NCBI RefSeq assembly: GCF_009914755.1
Contig: NC_060933.1
From: the human T2T-CHM13v2.0 reference genome, Homo sapiens
Strand: one strand, 5' to 3'
Length of the DNA stretch: 64,000 bases
A program made the translations under genes and the position numbers. The notes under the pieces are model-generated. The model saw only the letters and a program-made list of their open reading frames with translations, ran no database searches and was not told the DNA's origin. The stretch's first letter is position 1; the number at the start of each line of letters is the position of its first letter. Below are positions 47,953 through 61,755 of the stretch, piece by piece.

Positions 47953-49678
47953 GAAAGAGAGGAGACAGACAAGGAAAAGATACTGAAGCCTCAGGACAAG
48001 TATTAAACTAGATAGCCTGTAGGAGCCCAAGATTCTTAAATGCTCTCCTCCGAGGGAAGCACAGAGGGGAATAGTGGCTTTGCCAAGTTCACCCTGCAAG
48101 ACTTGAATTCAGTTGTTCTGCATCTTCCCCCAAAGTCTTTTCCAATACACTGTATTACATTTCCTCATGATCCCATTCCCAGTGAAATGCAGGAGCAGCT
48201 TCAAATAAAGCCACAGCATTTACGCAAGAGAACCACCCATAGCCCTTCCCATATTCCCTGGTGGGCACGCCTGGGGCTCACAGGCTGGAATGAGTTCCAG
48301 TTGGTGTCATATTATTTACTAGATCTTTCGCGCAGCTCTCAACCTCAGGTCTGCTAGTGATAATAAACTCCATTCCGACACAGCAACAGCTCAGAAATTT
48401 CTTGTCACAATTTTCAGGACAAAATGAGAGCTCCTACATGCGTGGGAACTCTGAGACTGTTCAGAGAGGCCTATTTCAAGGAGTTTATCAATAGCAGAGG
48501 AAAGATGCAAAGGGAACAGGGGAATTTTTACACCCTGCAGAGGACCAACCAGGCCAATACACACTCAATGGGCTCAGTAATCAGAGAGACCAGATGGAAT
48601 CTGAATCCGAGAGACAAATTTTCACTCGGTCCCTACTCAGTAGCCAACCCTTGCTGGCCACTGAGGTTGCAAAAATGACTCAGACAGTCTCTGAAGAAGA
48701 CTCTCACATTTGCTAACCATGTGACCTTGGGAAAGGTACTTTACTTCTGTCTCTGCCTACAAGTTCCTGAGCTGTAAAATGGGAATAAGAATTGTATTTG
48801 TCTCTAGGGATTCTTGTGGAGCGCAAATACGAAAATTCATGTTAAGTGCTAGCCCAGGGCCTGGCACATATGGTTGATGCTCAATAAAAGCCAACTACCA
48901 TTAAGATTATTTTGTAGAAAAACATTTAGAACATGGAGGAGGGTGGTATGAGAAGGGCAGGGAGACAGGGAAGCTTTTCTGAAAGAGGACATACACCTGA
49001 GCTAAATTCGGGGAAAAGAGAAAAAGGCAACCTGGTAGATATGGAGGAAGGGTATTACAGGTAGATGGTGTAAGCAAAGTCAAGGAGGCATGAAAGATTT
49101 TCACGTGTAAAGAAGGAAAAACTGGTATATGTATTTGAATGATAAAGTTCAAAGTAGGGGCAAAGTGGCAAGAAGTAATGCAAAAAAGGCAAACAGAGTC
49201 CAGAATGTGAAAAATCTTGCATTTCACATTAAGGAGCTTGGGATTGTTCCTTTAGGTACATGGGAGCCATAGAAGGATTTTGAGCTGAGAGATAGCATCA
49301 TAGATAGACATTCATACTAACATGAGAGTGACTCATATGTCTTCAAATATGACCTGCCACTTTCTTAGGAATATTTGCTACTTTATGAAGGCTAATTCCT
49401 TTGATGATAACAACAATAAGTGACATTTAGAAAATACTTACCATGTGAAAAGGACACTTTGTTTTTATTAACTCCTTTAGACTCACAACAACCCTCTGTG
49501 GTAGATTGATATCTTACCACCATCCTACTCTTTTTTCCCAATTTACAGATAGGAAAACTGTGGTACTGCAAAGATTAACTAAGCAGTGGATCTGGATTTT
49601 TAAGCCCAGAAAATCTGGCTCCCAAGCCCATGCACCTCAGCATTGCACCACAGTGCCCTTGATAAAAGAAGTCAGTCT

Positions 49679-50580
49679 AGATCCCTAAGGAATCGCCACA
49701 CTGACTTCCACAATGGTTGAACTAGTTTACAGTCCCACCAACAATGTAAAAGTGTTCCTATTTCTCCACATCCTCTCCAGCACCTGTTGTTTCCTGACTT
49801 TTTAATGATCACTGTTCTAACTGGTGTGAGATGGTATCTCATTGTGGTTTTGATTTGCATTTCTCTGATGGCCAGTGATGATGAGCATTTTTTCATGTGT
49901 CTTTTGGCTGCGTAAATGTCTTCTTTTGAGAAGTGTCTGTTCATATCCTTCACCCACTTGTTAATGGGGTTGTTTGTTTTTTCTTGTAAATGTGTTTGAG
50001 TTCATTGTAGATTCTGGATATTAGCCCTTTGAACTAGAAATTCCATTTGACCCAGCCATCCCATTACTGGGTATATACCCAAAGGATTATAAATCATACT
50101 GCTATAAAGACACATGCACACATATGTTTATTGTGGCACTATTCACAATAACAAAGACTTGGAACCAAGCCAAATGTCCAACAATGATAAACTGGATTAA
50201 GAAAATGTGGCACATATACACCATGGAATACTACGCAGCCATAAAAAATGATGAGTTCATGTCCTTTGTAGGGACATGGATGAAGCTGGAAACCATCATT
50301 CTCAGCAAACTATCGCAAGGACAAAAAACCAAACACTGCATGTTCTCACTCATAGGTGGGGAATTGAACAATGAGAACACATGGACACAGGAAGGGGAAC
50401 ATCACACACCGGGGCCTGTTGTGGGGTGGGGGAGGTGGGAGGGATAGCATTAGGAGATATACCTAATGTAAATGATGAGTTAATGGGTGCAGCACACCAA
50501 CATGGCACATGTATACATATGTAACAAACCTGCACATTGTGCACATGTACCCTAAAACTTAAAGTATAGAAAAAAAAAAA
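49679..50580 (+). mobile_element. 5'-truncated, 5'-inverted L1 (L1PA4/5-like)
   Basis: Antisense ORF2 piece 49679-50031, then sense ORF2 end, 3'UTR and A-tail; TSD AAGTCAGTCT at 49669-49678 and 50581-50590. Confidence 0.95.
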
Positions 50581-51599
50581 AAGTCAGTCTTTAATTATGA
50601 GCCTCAGGCATGAGTTAGACTCCTAACTGGCAATAAAGGATGCTTGATGATACGGCAGAAAGAACTCTGGGCTGAAGTAAATGAGGCCTGAATTCTAGAT
50701 TCATCTTGACCTCTGAAACTCTGTGCAGCTTGGAGCAAGTTGCTTTCCATCCCTGGACCTGCACTCCCCATCTGAACCACAAAGTCCTTCCAGCTTTGAT
50801 ATGCTCTGGTTCTGGGGCTTTCTAGGAGTGTAGGGAGTAAATGTTCACGATGTTAAATTATGCAAATGAGAACCAATTCTCAAAGTTTAGGCAGGAAGGT
50901 CTGGGATAGAGAGAAAAGGGAGGAGTCAGGATCCTCTAGAGACCGAATCTGAGGCCAATGTCACAAGAAATGAGTAAGTCACAGGCCAGGGGAAATGCAA
51001 ATGTCTTCACTGGGACCCAATCCTAATTATGTAACAACCAGCATAGCTTCAGGACAATACTGAAGCAGAAAGATCTCTCAGAGGTTGTGGTGTAAGTCAA
51101 TGGTTTTTGCACTTAGCTTAAGCTGTTTTTAAAATCTTTCATAGGGTGCAAATAAAGCTGAGTTTTTAAAGCAATATTTTATTTGTGTGAATGTATTTTA
51201 TACATACAAATTATAATCTTTACTTATTATAAAGTCAGTCAATAAGAACAAGTCTCTTTTGATTAAATAAATTGGATGCTCAGGTTGATACAAAACTGCA
51301 ATTGTCACTCATAACCCCTGACTTCACATTTTTTGTGTTTATCAAAACAGCCTGATAATTTTCATTAGTTTTGGTTGTACAGTATCCTGAAAACACTATT
51401 TACACAGATGAGTGGCTGCAAATGCTGACAGGTTAAAAAAAAAAAAAAAAAAAAGGAGAAGAAGAAGAAAGAGTAAAGGTGGTTATACAATCTTCTAATA
51501 TTTTTCAAAGTGACTCACAGGTTTTAAAAGGAAGCCAAAGAGACCTACTTGAATTATAAAAACTATCCTATTCCAGATCATATCCACGATGCAGAGGTG

Positions 51600-52900
51600 C
51601 ATTCATTCACCCATTTATTCAGCAAATACCTCCTGAGTGCCTACGATGGGTTATGTACTGCTCTAAGCGCCGGGGATATGGCAGGGAGGAAAACAAAAGC
51701 ACTCCTGTCCTTTGAAGCTTAAAGCTTTGGCATGTGAGAGATGGAAAATCAGTAAAATAAATACACTAAGTAAAATCTATAGGATGATGGTGATGAGTGT
51801 TATGGGAACAAATAAAGCAGAAATGGGGGCTTAGGGACTCCAGGGTCAAGAGTGGGTCAATTTGAAATAGGTCAAGGAGCCTTCACTTAGAAGGTTTATG
51901 CAAAAGTCTGAAGGAGTGAGGGAGCCAGCCCTGAGGCTGGGGCAAGAGCAATCCAGCCAGTGCCAAGGCCCCAGAGAGACGGAGAGACACCTGCTGGACC
52001 GGCCCAAGGAAGAGAAAGAAAACTGAGCAGATGGGGGAGGCTGAGCAAGAGGGAGAGCTGTAGAAAATGAGATCAGAAAGGAGGACGGTCAATGCTAACA
52101 GGACAAATAAGGGGTGGCCTAAGACCAGACTCCAGGCTTTAGCCATACAGAGGTTATGGGTCATGGGTGACCTTGGTAAGTCCAGTTTTGATGGAGTAGT
52201 AAGAGCAGAAGCCTAACCAGGCAATTGCAAGAGGGAAATGGAGGAGAAGGATTGGGATGGTGGTAAGGATGGGTCTTTCCAGGATTTTTGTTATAAAGGG
52301 GAACAGAGAAATGAAATGGCAGCTGAAGGGGGAGGTGAGGTGGGGATGTTTGTTTGTTGTCTGTTTTCACACAGGGGAAATCTTAGCATGTTTGTACAGT
52401 GATGTCGGGGATCCAGGAGAGAGAGAACATGTTACAATGTAGGCGGGAGGGGGAGAATTGCTGAAGCAGTGCCCTTGGATGCGTGTGGAGAGGGAGGTTG
52501 GCCTCTAGGGTGGGACAGTGCATCTGCAGTAACAGGAAGGAAGGCAAGGCACGACACACTGAGGCAAAGCGACTGCAGTTAGTGGGGACCCACAGAGGCT
52601 CTCCTGGTTGCTTTTATTATCTCTGTGAAATGACAAACTGGTCATGAGATAGAAGTGAGGGAGGGGGAGGATGTGCTGAAGGTTCAAGGAGGAAGGAGAA
52701 GTCATGAAAAAAAATCATCTAGACGAGAGGGAGGGTGAATGGACCAGGGAAACGAATCATGGTTGCCAGGCAGCGTAACAGCCCACAGAAGACAAGGACT
52801 CATGAATCACAAGGGAGGCAGCCAGCCTGCTATGCACTCTTCTCTAGCCTGTTCGACTGCTCTGGGGCAGGTACCCAATAGGCAGAGTATTGGTTATGAC
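51600..52900 (-). mobile_element. L2 (L2a-like) long fragment
   Basis: ATTCATTCACCCATTTATTCAGCAAATACCTCCTGAGTGCCTAC tail, then purine-rich L2 body (GGTCATGGGTGACCTTG). Confidence 0.8.
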
Positions 52901-52939
52901 TTGCGCTGTGGTTCTGCCATATAACTATGAGAAGGACAG

Positions 52940-53150
52940 GAGGCAAGAGTGTGGACTCCGGAGGCAAGATACCTGGTTACAAATCCTTGATCCACAACTC
53001 ACTAGCTGTGTGACCTTGAGCAAGTTAGCTACCCTCTCTGTGCTTCAGTTCACCACGTCCTTAAGTCAAGATAAAATGAGCTTGTGTACATACCGTATTT
53101 AGAACAGTACCTCACATATTAAAAGCTCTCAGTAAATGTTAACTTTTATC
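52940..53150 (+). mobile_element. MIR
   Basis: ACTAGCTGTGTGACCTTGAGCAAGTTAG..CTCTCTGTGCTTCAGTT core. Confidence 0.8.
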
Positions 53151-54804
53151 ATTACCAGTACTGTTTGAAAGAGTCAGCAAATGGGTTTCTCCACCAGTCA
53201 AAATCCTCACTGTTTGGCAGAAAACCCTTGTGAAATGTATCTTGTAACATTAGGAGCTATTAAGCAAAATCATGTTTTAAATCTCATCTTGTCCATTTCC
53301 ACTGGATACACCTTCAAAATTTCCAGTCTAATTTATCTTTTTTTTTGTAATGTTAAGGCTGAACATTAAGTTTCAATTTTCCTGCTGACACTTTAGCAGC
53401 TGTCAGTACTATGACAACTAAAAGTCAGTCAAGTAGCACCAGAAACATACAATAACATGATATTATCACAACATGATGTGATGTTCACTGCACAACTATT
53501 ACACTGTGAGATGAGCAGGTGCCTGAGACGCACCCAAGCCTTGCCTGGAATTTCAGTTGACCTTAGAAAAACATTCTTTCTCAGCCCGTGAGTGCTGCAC
53601 TAGTGTATATACTGAAAAACTTTCACAGGAGCAGACATACACAGAAGCAATTTTAAAAGAGACATTGGCAGCTGCAATTTCACTAACTAAATATTCATTT
53701 ACAAAGGTTCGAGTATGTTGACAAAGTAAATGACCCCCAGTGCAGGTCGGAGGTAAGTGGGGAAGATGTGAATGTTCTTTTGTGAGTGCTTCCATTTTCT
53801 CCATAGAATAGGCAGGCAATCATCAGCAGCATCAGCTGAGAGCGTGGGTGAGGAAAAGGAGCATAAGACAGAAGCCCTAATGGAAGCTGAGATAACACTC
53901 TAGGGACCTACAAATGTTTTAAAGTTCAGAAAACAATACAATGAAATGCATATGTTATTTTGTACAGAGATTAAGAGTACCATCCCTGAACCAGCTGTGG
54001 GACATTGGGCCTGTCATCTAACTCTTCTTAGCCTCAATTTCTTCATCTGAAAAATGGGGAATTATTAGAGTCCCTATTTCATAGGATGGGCATGAGAATT
54101 AAATATGTAAATCCATGGGCAGCCTGTAGAATGTGCCCTGGAAACAGAATATGATCAAAGTGTTAGCTGTGATTCTTACAGTGTTTTTTAAGGACTTAAA
54201 TTATATTTTTACTCTGAGTTGGATTTCTGGAGCTCCCGAAACACATCCTTGAGCTCTTAGGATTCCTCCGAAAATAGTTTGACAGCCAGTGATCAAATCT
54301 AACCCTCTCTTGTTGTAAATGAGAACACCGGGACCCAATCAGATAAGCACACCTATCCCCCACAGAGCAAGGAACACAGATCTTATGAGGCTTGACCTCA
54401 GGGCTGTTATTCTGCCCTGGGGCAGGTTTTTTGAGCCATCCCTAGCTCTGGCATCCCTGTGCCTGCCCCAGGAAGAGTAGCCAGAGAATCTTTTAACTGA
54501 CACATCAGAAAGAAGAGGCAGTAATACCTTGGAGAAACTTCTGGGAAGCTGGGTTCTAAGGCTTTGACCTCCCTCAACCCTCACTCCCATGATCAGACAA
54601 ATTGAGCTATGGGAGAGTTTGCTAGTCGGGCTCCAGGGAAAAAGAAATAAGCCCTGGGTGGGAAGGTTGGGAGGGGGAGACTAGGGGATGGGTCTTCCCT
54701 GGAGACTCATTCAGAAACAAAATATTCAGGAAGGTTCCAATGGACCAGCAAAGGGGAAAGGGAGGGTAAACATATTTGGTAGAATGTATTCAAGAAGTAG
54801 TTAA

Positions 54805-54947
54805 TGAACCAGCAGCATCAGTATCACATGGGGGACTGTTCAGACTGCAGGCTCCCAGGCCTCACCCCAGACTTGCTGAACCAGAATCTGCTTTTTGACC
54901 AAATCTCCAGGCAATTCCTATGTACCTTAAAATTTGAGAAGTAGCCG
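54805..54947. mobile_element. MER5A (hAT-Charlie)
   Basis: ACCAGCAGCATCAGTATCAC..CCCCAGACTTGCTGAACCAGAATCTGC..AAATTTGAGAAG. Confidence 0.8.
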
Positions 54948-56659
54948 GTGCATCACATCATTATCCCTTTTCTTCTTCACAATGACTGCCTCAGGCCTGA
55001 CCCTGTTATTATCCCCGTTTTACAGAAAAGGAAACTCAGGGGCTTAGAAAGGCTAACCTCCTGCTCAGTGACACAAGGACAGTTCACAGCACAGGGTGTG
55101 TCTGAACCCAGACTGTCCAACTCCAAAGCCTATGTTGTTTCTATGACCTTGAGCTGCCACCTTCTTGACAGGACCAGACATTGCATGAGCTCAGTTTGGG
55201 AATGCAGGGAGAAAGGGGAAACACTGGACAGGAATCCTGTGGAAACTTCTCATAACACAGTACTGGAACCCAGCAGCACTACCTAATTCATTCACTTGTT
55301 CATTCAGCAAACATTTTCCCAAGAGCATGTGCTAGGAAGTGGGGCACAGAAAAGAATGTCCCTATGCTTGTGCTGAAGAAACTTAGATCCGATTGGGAAG
55401 ACAGAGGAGTAAACCAACCATTCCTGTGTCCCACACAGACTCCCTCTTTGATATCTCAGCAGTTGTTCACTTCTTTTCCTTTTCCCCTTTCCTTCTTGTC
55501 CTCTCCTCCTGTCCTGTTCTTTCTCTTTTATGAGGACCCCACTGGACACCTCCAAAAGAGAAGCAGCAGCAATTGTCACCCCTATGATGGCTAAGATGCG
55601 GGAACAAAGCCTGGTCAGAAATGGTGTTTCTAAGTCCTCTCTGAAGGCTAGGCATCTGGCATTCCTCTTGGTTTCAGAGAGCTGAGCCTCTAACTCTTGG
55701 CACCAGAAGGGTCATTACCAGATGAGTCTCTTCCAGCTGGTTTCAATGTCCTTTCTTTGGCTGAGACTTCCCTGTTACCAGGAAGCAAGTGGAGACCTGT
55801 TCCCAATGTAGAGCCCCCTACAGAAGCTCAGATGCAAATGAGATCATTGGACTGATTCAGACCAGCCAACACAGAGTAAGGCTGGATTCTGAGTTCTAAA
55901 AACAATGACAATATCAGTTGGAGGGACACAGGGTGGAAGGATTTAGGGGTTGGAATAAAAGAGGTCAAATTTATGACAGCACTGAAAGTATTATTTTTGC
56001 AGCATAGCCTCCAGAGACAGCAAGCAAAATGAATCCAAAGAGAGCAAGGCCATGTTCAACCATAGAGTTAAGTGAAAAATGCAGTTTACAAGGCAGAATG
56101 AGCCCACATAAAGATACAGTGAGAATCTGTGTACATACGTGTATATAAAACATGGAAACGTCTGCAAGAAAACAAGTGCTCGTCTGTGTTGAGGATAGAG
56201 TGCCTTAGTACTAATTTAGAACAGGATGTGGCTCCAGGCAGGCAGGGAAAAGGATAGCTCTTCCCATTCACCACCAGTGACACAACATTAGCGGTGAACT
56301 TGACTAGGCAGACATCTGCCCATGCACTTTCTCTCTACTTTCAGCCTGTTGCTTAAGAAATTCCCATTTTTTTCTATAACTCTCTTCCCTGTGCTTCTTA
56401 TGACTTCTAACAAGATCGTAAACTTCATCCCCATGCAACTCAAGCTTCTAACTTAACAGTTAGACCATTTGTAGCTACTAAAACAGGACTCTCTTGGATC
56501 TGGAAGGTGGAGGTGGTCTGAAACATCAGAAAAGAGCTTTGCTGCACTGTTTTGACCAACCCAAAGAAAATAAGACCCTGGAGGCATGAACCTGCAAAGC
56601 TTCCCATTCTGCTATAAATTTTTGGAGAAGGAATATTATAATTTATATAAAACAAACAT

Positions 56660-56878
56660 AATAGCAGGCAGGGGGATTATTACAGGTTGACTAATGAATA
56701 CAAATATACAGTTTGATCAGAGAAATGAGACCTAGTGTTCAAGGGATCAGTAGGATGAGTATAGTTTACAATAATCTGTGTACATTTCAAAATAGCTAGA
56801 AGAAAATAATTCAAATGTTCCTAGAATAAAGAAAAGACAAATATTTAAGGTGATGAATATCCCCCATTACACTGATTC
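56660..56878 (+). mobile_element. L1MA5-like 3'UTR fragment
   Basis: GTACATTTCAAAATAGCTAGAAGA..AAAGAAAAGACAAATATTTAAGGTGATG. Confidence 0.7.
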
Positions 56879-59039
56879 CATGCCCCTCAGCCCTCTATGC
56901 CTATTAATGAAGGTGACTCAAAATACTTTTCTACCCGAAGCATCCAATTTGTGTTTTCAGACTCATAACCACTTCATGAAGCAAGAGTCAGCAAGTTATT
57001 TTTGATTGACTGAAAGTGTTTCTTGATACAATCACTTCCGTTAAGCCATCAAAGTATGTTTTCAAGGGAACTGCATCTCTGGTGGGCCCTGAGGGGGCCT
57101 TTTCTCTCCTGGGGGAAGCCTGGCAGGTGACTTTGCTGCAGGCTCACACCACTCTCCAGCTGCGGTCTCTCCCTAGCTTGAAGGATCAGCACAGGGGAGG
57201 CAGGGAGGGATGGGAGGTCCCCCTGGTGCTGTGTGGCTGACACTGCAGTAGACAGGGGCGGAGCAGGTTAGAGTAAGCACTCCATGACTGTTTCACAGCA
57301 TCCTTGGATGTTTCATCATGTCACCAGGTTGGGCAAAGGACTGCCTTCAGGCCTTCAACCTTGCTGTCTACGGAATGACTACAAGTCTCCAACTCTGGCC
57401 AAAGCATCAAAGATCCAGAAAGACAGCATACAGTGACCAGTGGGAAAGCTGCCCTTGGCTGGCATCAGAGTAGGTTCCTCCCCTGCCTATGTTCTAGGCA
57501 GGAGACTTGAAACTGAACTAGGGAAACTTAGCATTCACATTTGCCTCTGGTTGAATACCAGGTGAAAGGTGCATTCTGGGCAGCATTCAAGAACTGATGG
57601 CCCTAACAGAGGTTATGGCCCTTTAGCCAATGATTTTCAGGGTTAAGCATTGCCCTCAGTGCTCTCACAGGTCACCCACTACAGATGGGGTTTTATGCTG
57701 GGCAGTAGAATGGCACCATCAGAGCAGCAACATATGTGTCTTTGTGTGGTCTCATCCCCCTGCAGATCTTGGGCTGTCCAGCCAGCTTGCTATTTGCATA
57801 AATCAATTTAATATTCAGTAGAGGCAAATGGGACCTCTCTTGATTGGCTTAGCCTGATTGAAATCCCATTAAGAATAAAAGGAACATAGAAAAATGGAAA
57901 CACACTCAAAGAATTCAAAGAAACTTGGAGATCATCTCCTATTCTACAACCGTTGCAGACTTCACTGACCTAGCATCAAACTCCTTCCCACTGAGCCCCA
58001 ATACAGCTTCATAGTCCTCATCAATATCCCAAGTCAGGCTGCAACCACTATCCATTGGAGCTGGCATGCAAAATAAAACTTATTTGACATCGCTGATAAA
58101 ATCCAAACCTATCTTTTTACAGAGGAGAAAAACAGGTTTAGAGAAGGAGAGTGACTTAGCCAGAATCATACAAGAAGTCCCAACCTTGGGAGTTAAAATC
58201 TAACTCCTATTCCAGTGTTCTTTCTACTGCACCAGAATCAGTGTTCTAAAATCTTAGAATCAAGGTGAACAGGAAATAAGAGGAAGATGACATAAAAAGC
58301 TCATCCTATGGAAAGAACAGCAGCTTAGCATGAGGTGACCCTAGGTTCAAATCCTAGCTCCAACACTTAAAAGCTGTGTGTCCTTTGGCAGGTGACTTCA
58401 CTCACTGGTCCTCAGCTTTCCCACTTACAAAATGGAGATAATAATGCCTCCTTTATAGAGCCATTGTAATGCTCAAATGAGATGATGCCTGGCACAGTGC
58501 CCAACACAGACCAAGTAACAGTGTATGCAGAGATTTACCCATGCCAACACCAGGCTCCTCATGGTGGCCACTTCCCTCCCTGCCTCATTCCCAGCCAAAC
58601 CACCTCCTATTGGCTTGATTGCCATCAGTGATGAATGAGGCTTCAGTTTCCATGGTTGCCCGGACCTATTTATTGGACAGATGACTTTCATAGCCTGCAG
58701 GTCTCTGCTTGGAGTTGGCAAAAGCTGGGCCACTGAAGCTGCATTTCCAAAGCACCTGAGCTCTCTCCACTCCTGAGAGTGCCTGGGGATGCTCCCAGAA
58801 TTGTAAGACTCCCTCTATGGACTCTTGGTAAAGGTAGTGACATTTTCAGGAAGCTCCACATGGAATCAGTGTCAAGTGCCAATTGAGCACATTATTACTT
58901 GGACTCCAAAAGGCTGTTCTGGTTCTCCCACAAGATCATCAGCTTCCTGAGGCAAGGCCAAGGTCATACTCAGCTCTGCATCTCCCATGTCCATGTCTCC
59001 TGGCATGCAGTTAGTGCACATGGTGAATTGCATTCTTGA

Positions 59040-59985
59040 CTACAATTCTCCACCCTACCCTTCTTCCATCCACTTTATCTTGTAGCTTCACAATGCTCTC
59101 TTTCTATACACAAATCATAATCCCCTACCCCCGACCTAGCCATGCAACTTTCTTTGGCCAAAGGAATGTGCATTAGTTATCTATTGCTATGTAACAAATT
59201 ACCCCCAAATTTAAAAGCCTAACACTACACACATTTATTATATCATAGTTCCTGGGGACAAGGATCTCAGTATGGTTCACCTGGGTCCTCTGCTTCAGGG
59301 TCTCACATTGCACAGGACTGCAATAAAGGAGTCAGCTGACCTGTGTCATGTCAAGGCTCCACCGAGAAAGGTTCCACATCCAAGCTTATGTGCTTTATGG
59401 ACAGGACTCAGTTCCATCCATGCTGTTGGCCAGAGGCTGCCCTCCATTCTTGCTGTGCGGGCCACTTCATCAAAGCACATAAGCCAAGGAGACACTAAAG
59501 AAAATCTGCTAGCAAGACAGAAGTCATAATCTCTTGTGACCTAATCACAAAACTGACAGCCCATCACTTTTGCTGTATTCTATCAGTTCAAAGCAAGTCA
59601 CAGGCTCTGCCCCACTCAAAGGGAGGGGATTACCCAAGGGTATGAATTCAGGAGGCCGGGATTATTGAGGACCATCTTAGAAGACTGCCTACCATAGGAT
59701 GTTTGCAAATGTAGCAAGCAGTGTCTTGAGAAGCACGTGTACAATTGGGCTTTCTTGCCTTGAGTAACCCACTAGTTCAAGAAGGAGCATAAGGGATGCA
59801 TGGCAAGAATTAAACCCCCAGGAAAACCCAACCTAGAGCAGAGTCCCCAGTAAAAGTGTGGGCACATGGGTGAGCCCAAATGAGATCAGCACAACTGCCC
59901 AGTAGAATCCAATGCACATCAGTTGGCTCTGGCAGAAGTCACTGAAGTTTTGAAGTTGTTTGTGAGCAAAAGCTAATTGATACCA
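59040..59985 (+). mobile_element. Old MLT1 LTR interrupted by a second MLT1
   Basis: AGCCATGCAACTTTCTTTGGCCAAAGGAATG continues after 59696 to AAAAGCTAATTGATAC. Confidence 0.55.
59169..59696 (-). mobile_element. MLT1F-like LTR
   Basis: TGCATTAGTTATCTATTGCTATGTAACAAATTACCCCAAA ... CTGCCTACCATA; near-TSD GAATG/GGATG. Confidence 0.75.
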
Positions 59986-60315
59986 TGAGCAATAAGTATT
60001 AACACAACTCATAATTATTTATTTCACTTCTCAGTTTTCTAATCTATAGAAAGGGCATAATAATATTTATCCCTCACAGAGTCATTATGAAACCTAAATG
60101 AGTTAGTTTTTACAAAATATTTAGAACAGTGTCTGATGCATAGTAATTAGGCAAAAGTGTTTGTTAAATTAAAATAAATCCATCAATAACACCTCACCTG
60201 TTTTTGAGCGCTTACCACATGTTAAAAACTTTGCATACATTCTCTCATTTACTCTTCACAATAATCGTATGAGGTTGGTACAATTATTACCTTCATTTTT
60301 TAAATGGGGATTAGA

Positions 60316-61181
60316 CCCCATTAAAAATGGCAAGACATGAACAGACACTTCCCAAAAGAAAACACACAAGCAGCCAACAAAAAAATATGAAAAAAAAATG
60401 CTCATCATCACTAATCATCAGAGAAATGTGAATTAAAGCCACAATGAGATACCATCTCATCTCACACCAGTCATAATGATAATTATTAAAAAGTCAAAAA
60501 ACAACAGATGTTGGAGTGGCTGCAGAGAAAAGGGAATGCTTATACACTGCTGGTGGGAAAATTAATTAGTTCAGCCACTGTAGACAGTGGTTTGGAGATT
60601 CCTAAAAGAACTTAAAACAGAACTACCATTAGACCCCGCAATCCCATTACTGGATATATATCCCAAAAAATCCCAAATCTTTCTACCAAAAAGACACATG
60701 CACTCACATGTTCATCGTTGTACTATTCACAATAGCAAAAACATGGAATCAACCCAGGTGCCCATCAACAGTGGACTGGATAAAGAAAATGTGGTACCTA
60801 TAAGCCATGGAATACTATGCACCATAAAAAAGAACAAAATCATGTTCTTTGCGGCAATATGGATGCAGCTGGAGGTCATTATCCTAAGCAAGTTAATGCA
60901 AGAGCAGAAAATCAAATATCACATGTCCTCATTTAGAAGTGAGAGCTAAACATTGGGTACTCATGGACAGAAAGATGGCAACAATAGACACTGGGGACTA
61001 TTAGACGGGGACAAGTATTAAAAAGCTAACTGAGTGGCACTATGCTCACTTACTGAGGGGCAGGATCATTTGTATCCAAAACCTCAGCATCTATGCAATA
61101 TATTAATATCATGTAACAAACTTGCACATGTACATCCTGAATCTAAGATATAAGGTGAAATTAGAAAAGTAAAATAAAATA
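60316..61181 (+). mobile_element. 5'-truncated old L1P (L1PA16/17-like) inserted in a MIR
   Basis: ORF2 C-terminus plus 3'UTR with TATGCTCACT..GGATCATT..AAACCTCAGCATC..CTGAATCTAA; degenerate TSD AAATGGGGATTAGA (60302-60315) / AAATGGGGCTTTGA (61182-61195). Confidence 0.85.
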
Positions 61182-61439
61182 AAATGGGGCTTTGAAAGTT
61201 TGAAAAATTTGCACAAATCACACAGCTAGTATATGGGGAAGCCAAGGTTCAAATTAGTAATCAGTTAAGTAAAGACCAAGATCAGAAAGATAAGAGAACA
61301 GAGTCAGCAATAAAAAGGTTGAAAGAGTAATGAGAGGTACAAGCAAGTGACTGGGTTGATTCAGAACTAAGTCTGTAACAGCTGGGCTGGTGCCAGGACA
61401 GTCCTTTAGTTTGTGTCCTTATATGCCTCATGGGGGCTA

Positions 61440-61755
61440 AAAGAATGACCCAAGGATGACAGAACAGAGATGTTTAACAAGAAAAGAGAAGTATGAAGGG
61501 GTAACATGAGAGATGTTTTCAAATAAGAAAAGCCACTGGAAAGGGAAATTGATGTTTCAATGTGACTCCAGGGGACAGATACAGGTCATTTAGGTGGAAG
61601 TTCAGAGACAGGTCAATGTAAGGAAGAACTAGGTAGGAGTTCCAGGTACTAAATCATAAATAGAATGCCTGGGGTGGGCAATGAGCTTCCCTAGAAGTGC
61701 TCCAGCAGATTCTGGAGGACCACGTGCCAAGGATGTTGTAGACATTTCTGCGTTC
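61440..61755 (+). mobile_element. L3/CR1 fragment
   Basis: AACATGAGAGATGTTTTCAAATA..TCAATGTAAGGAAGAACT..AATGAGCTTCCC..GGATGTTGTAG. Confidence 0.55.
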
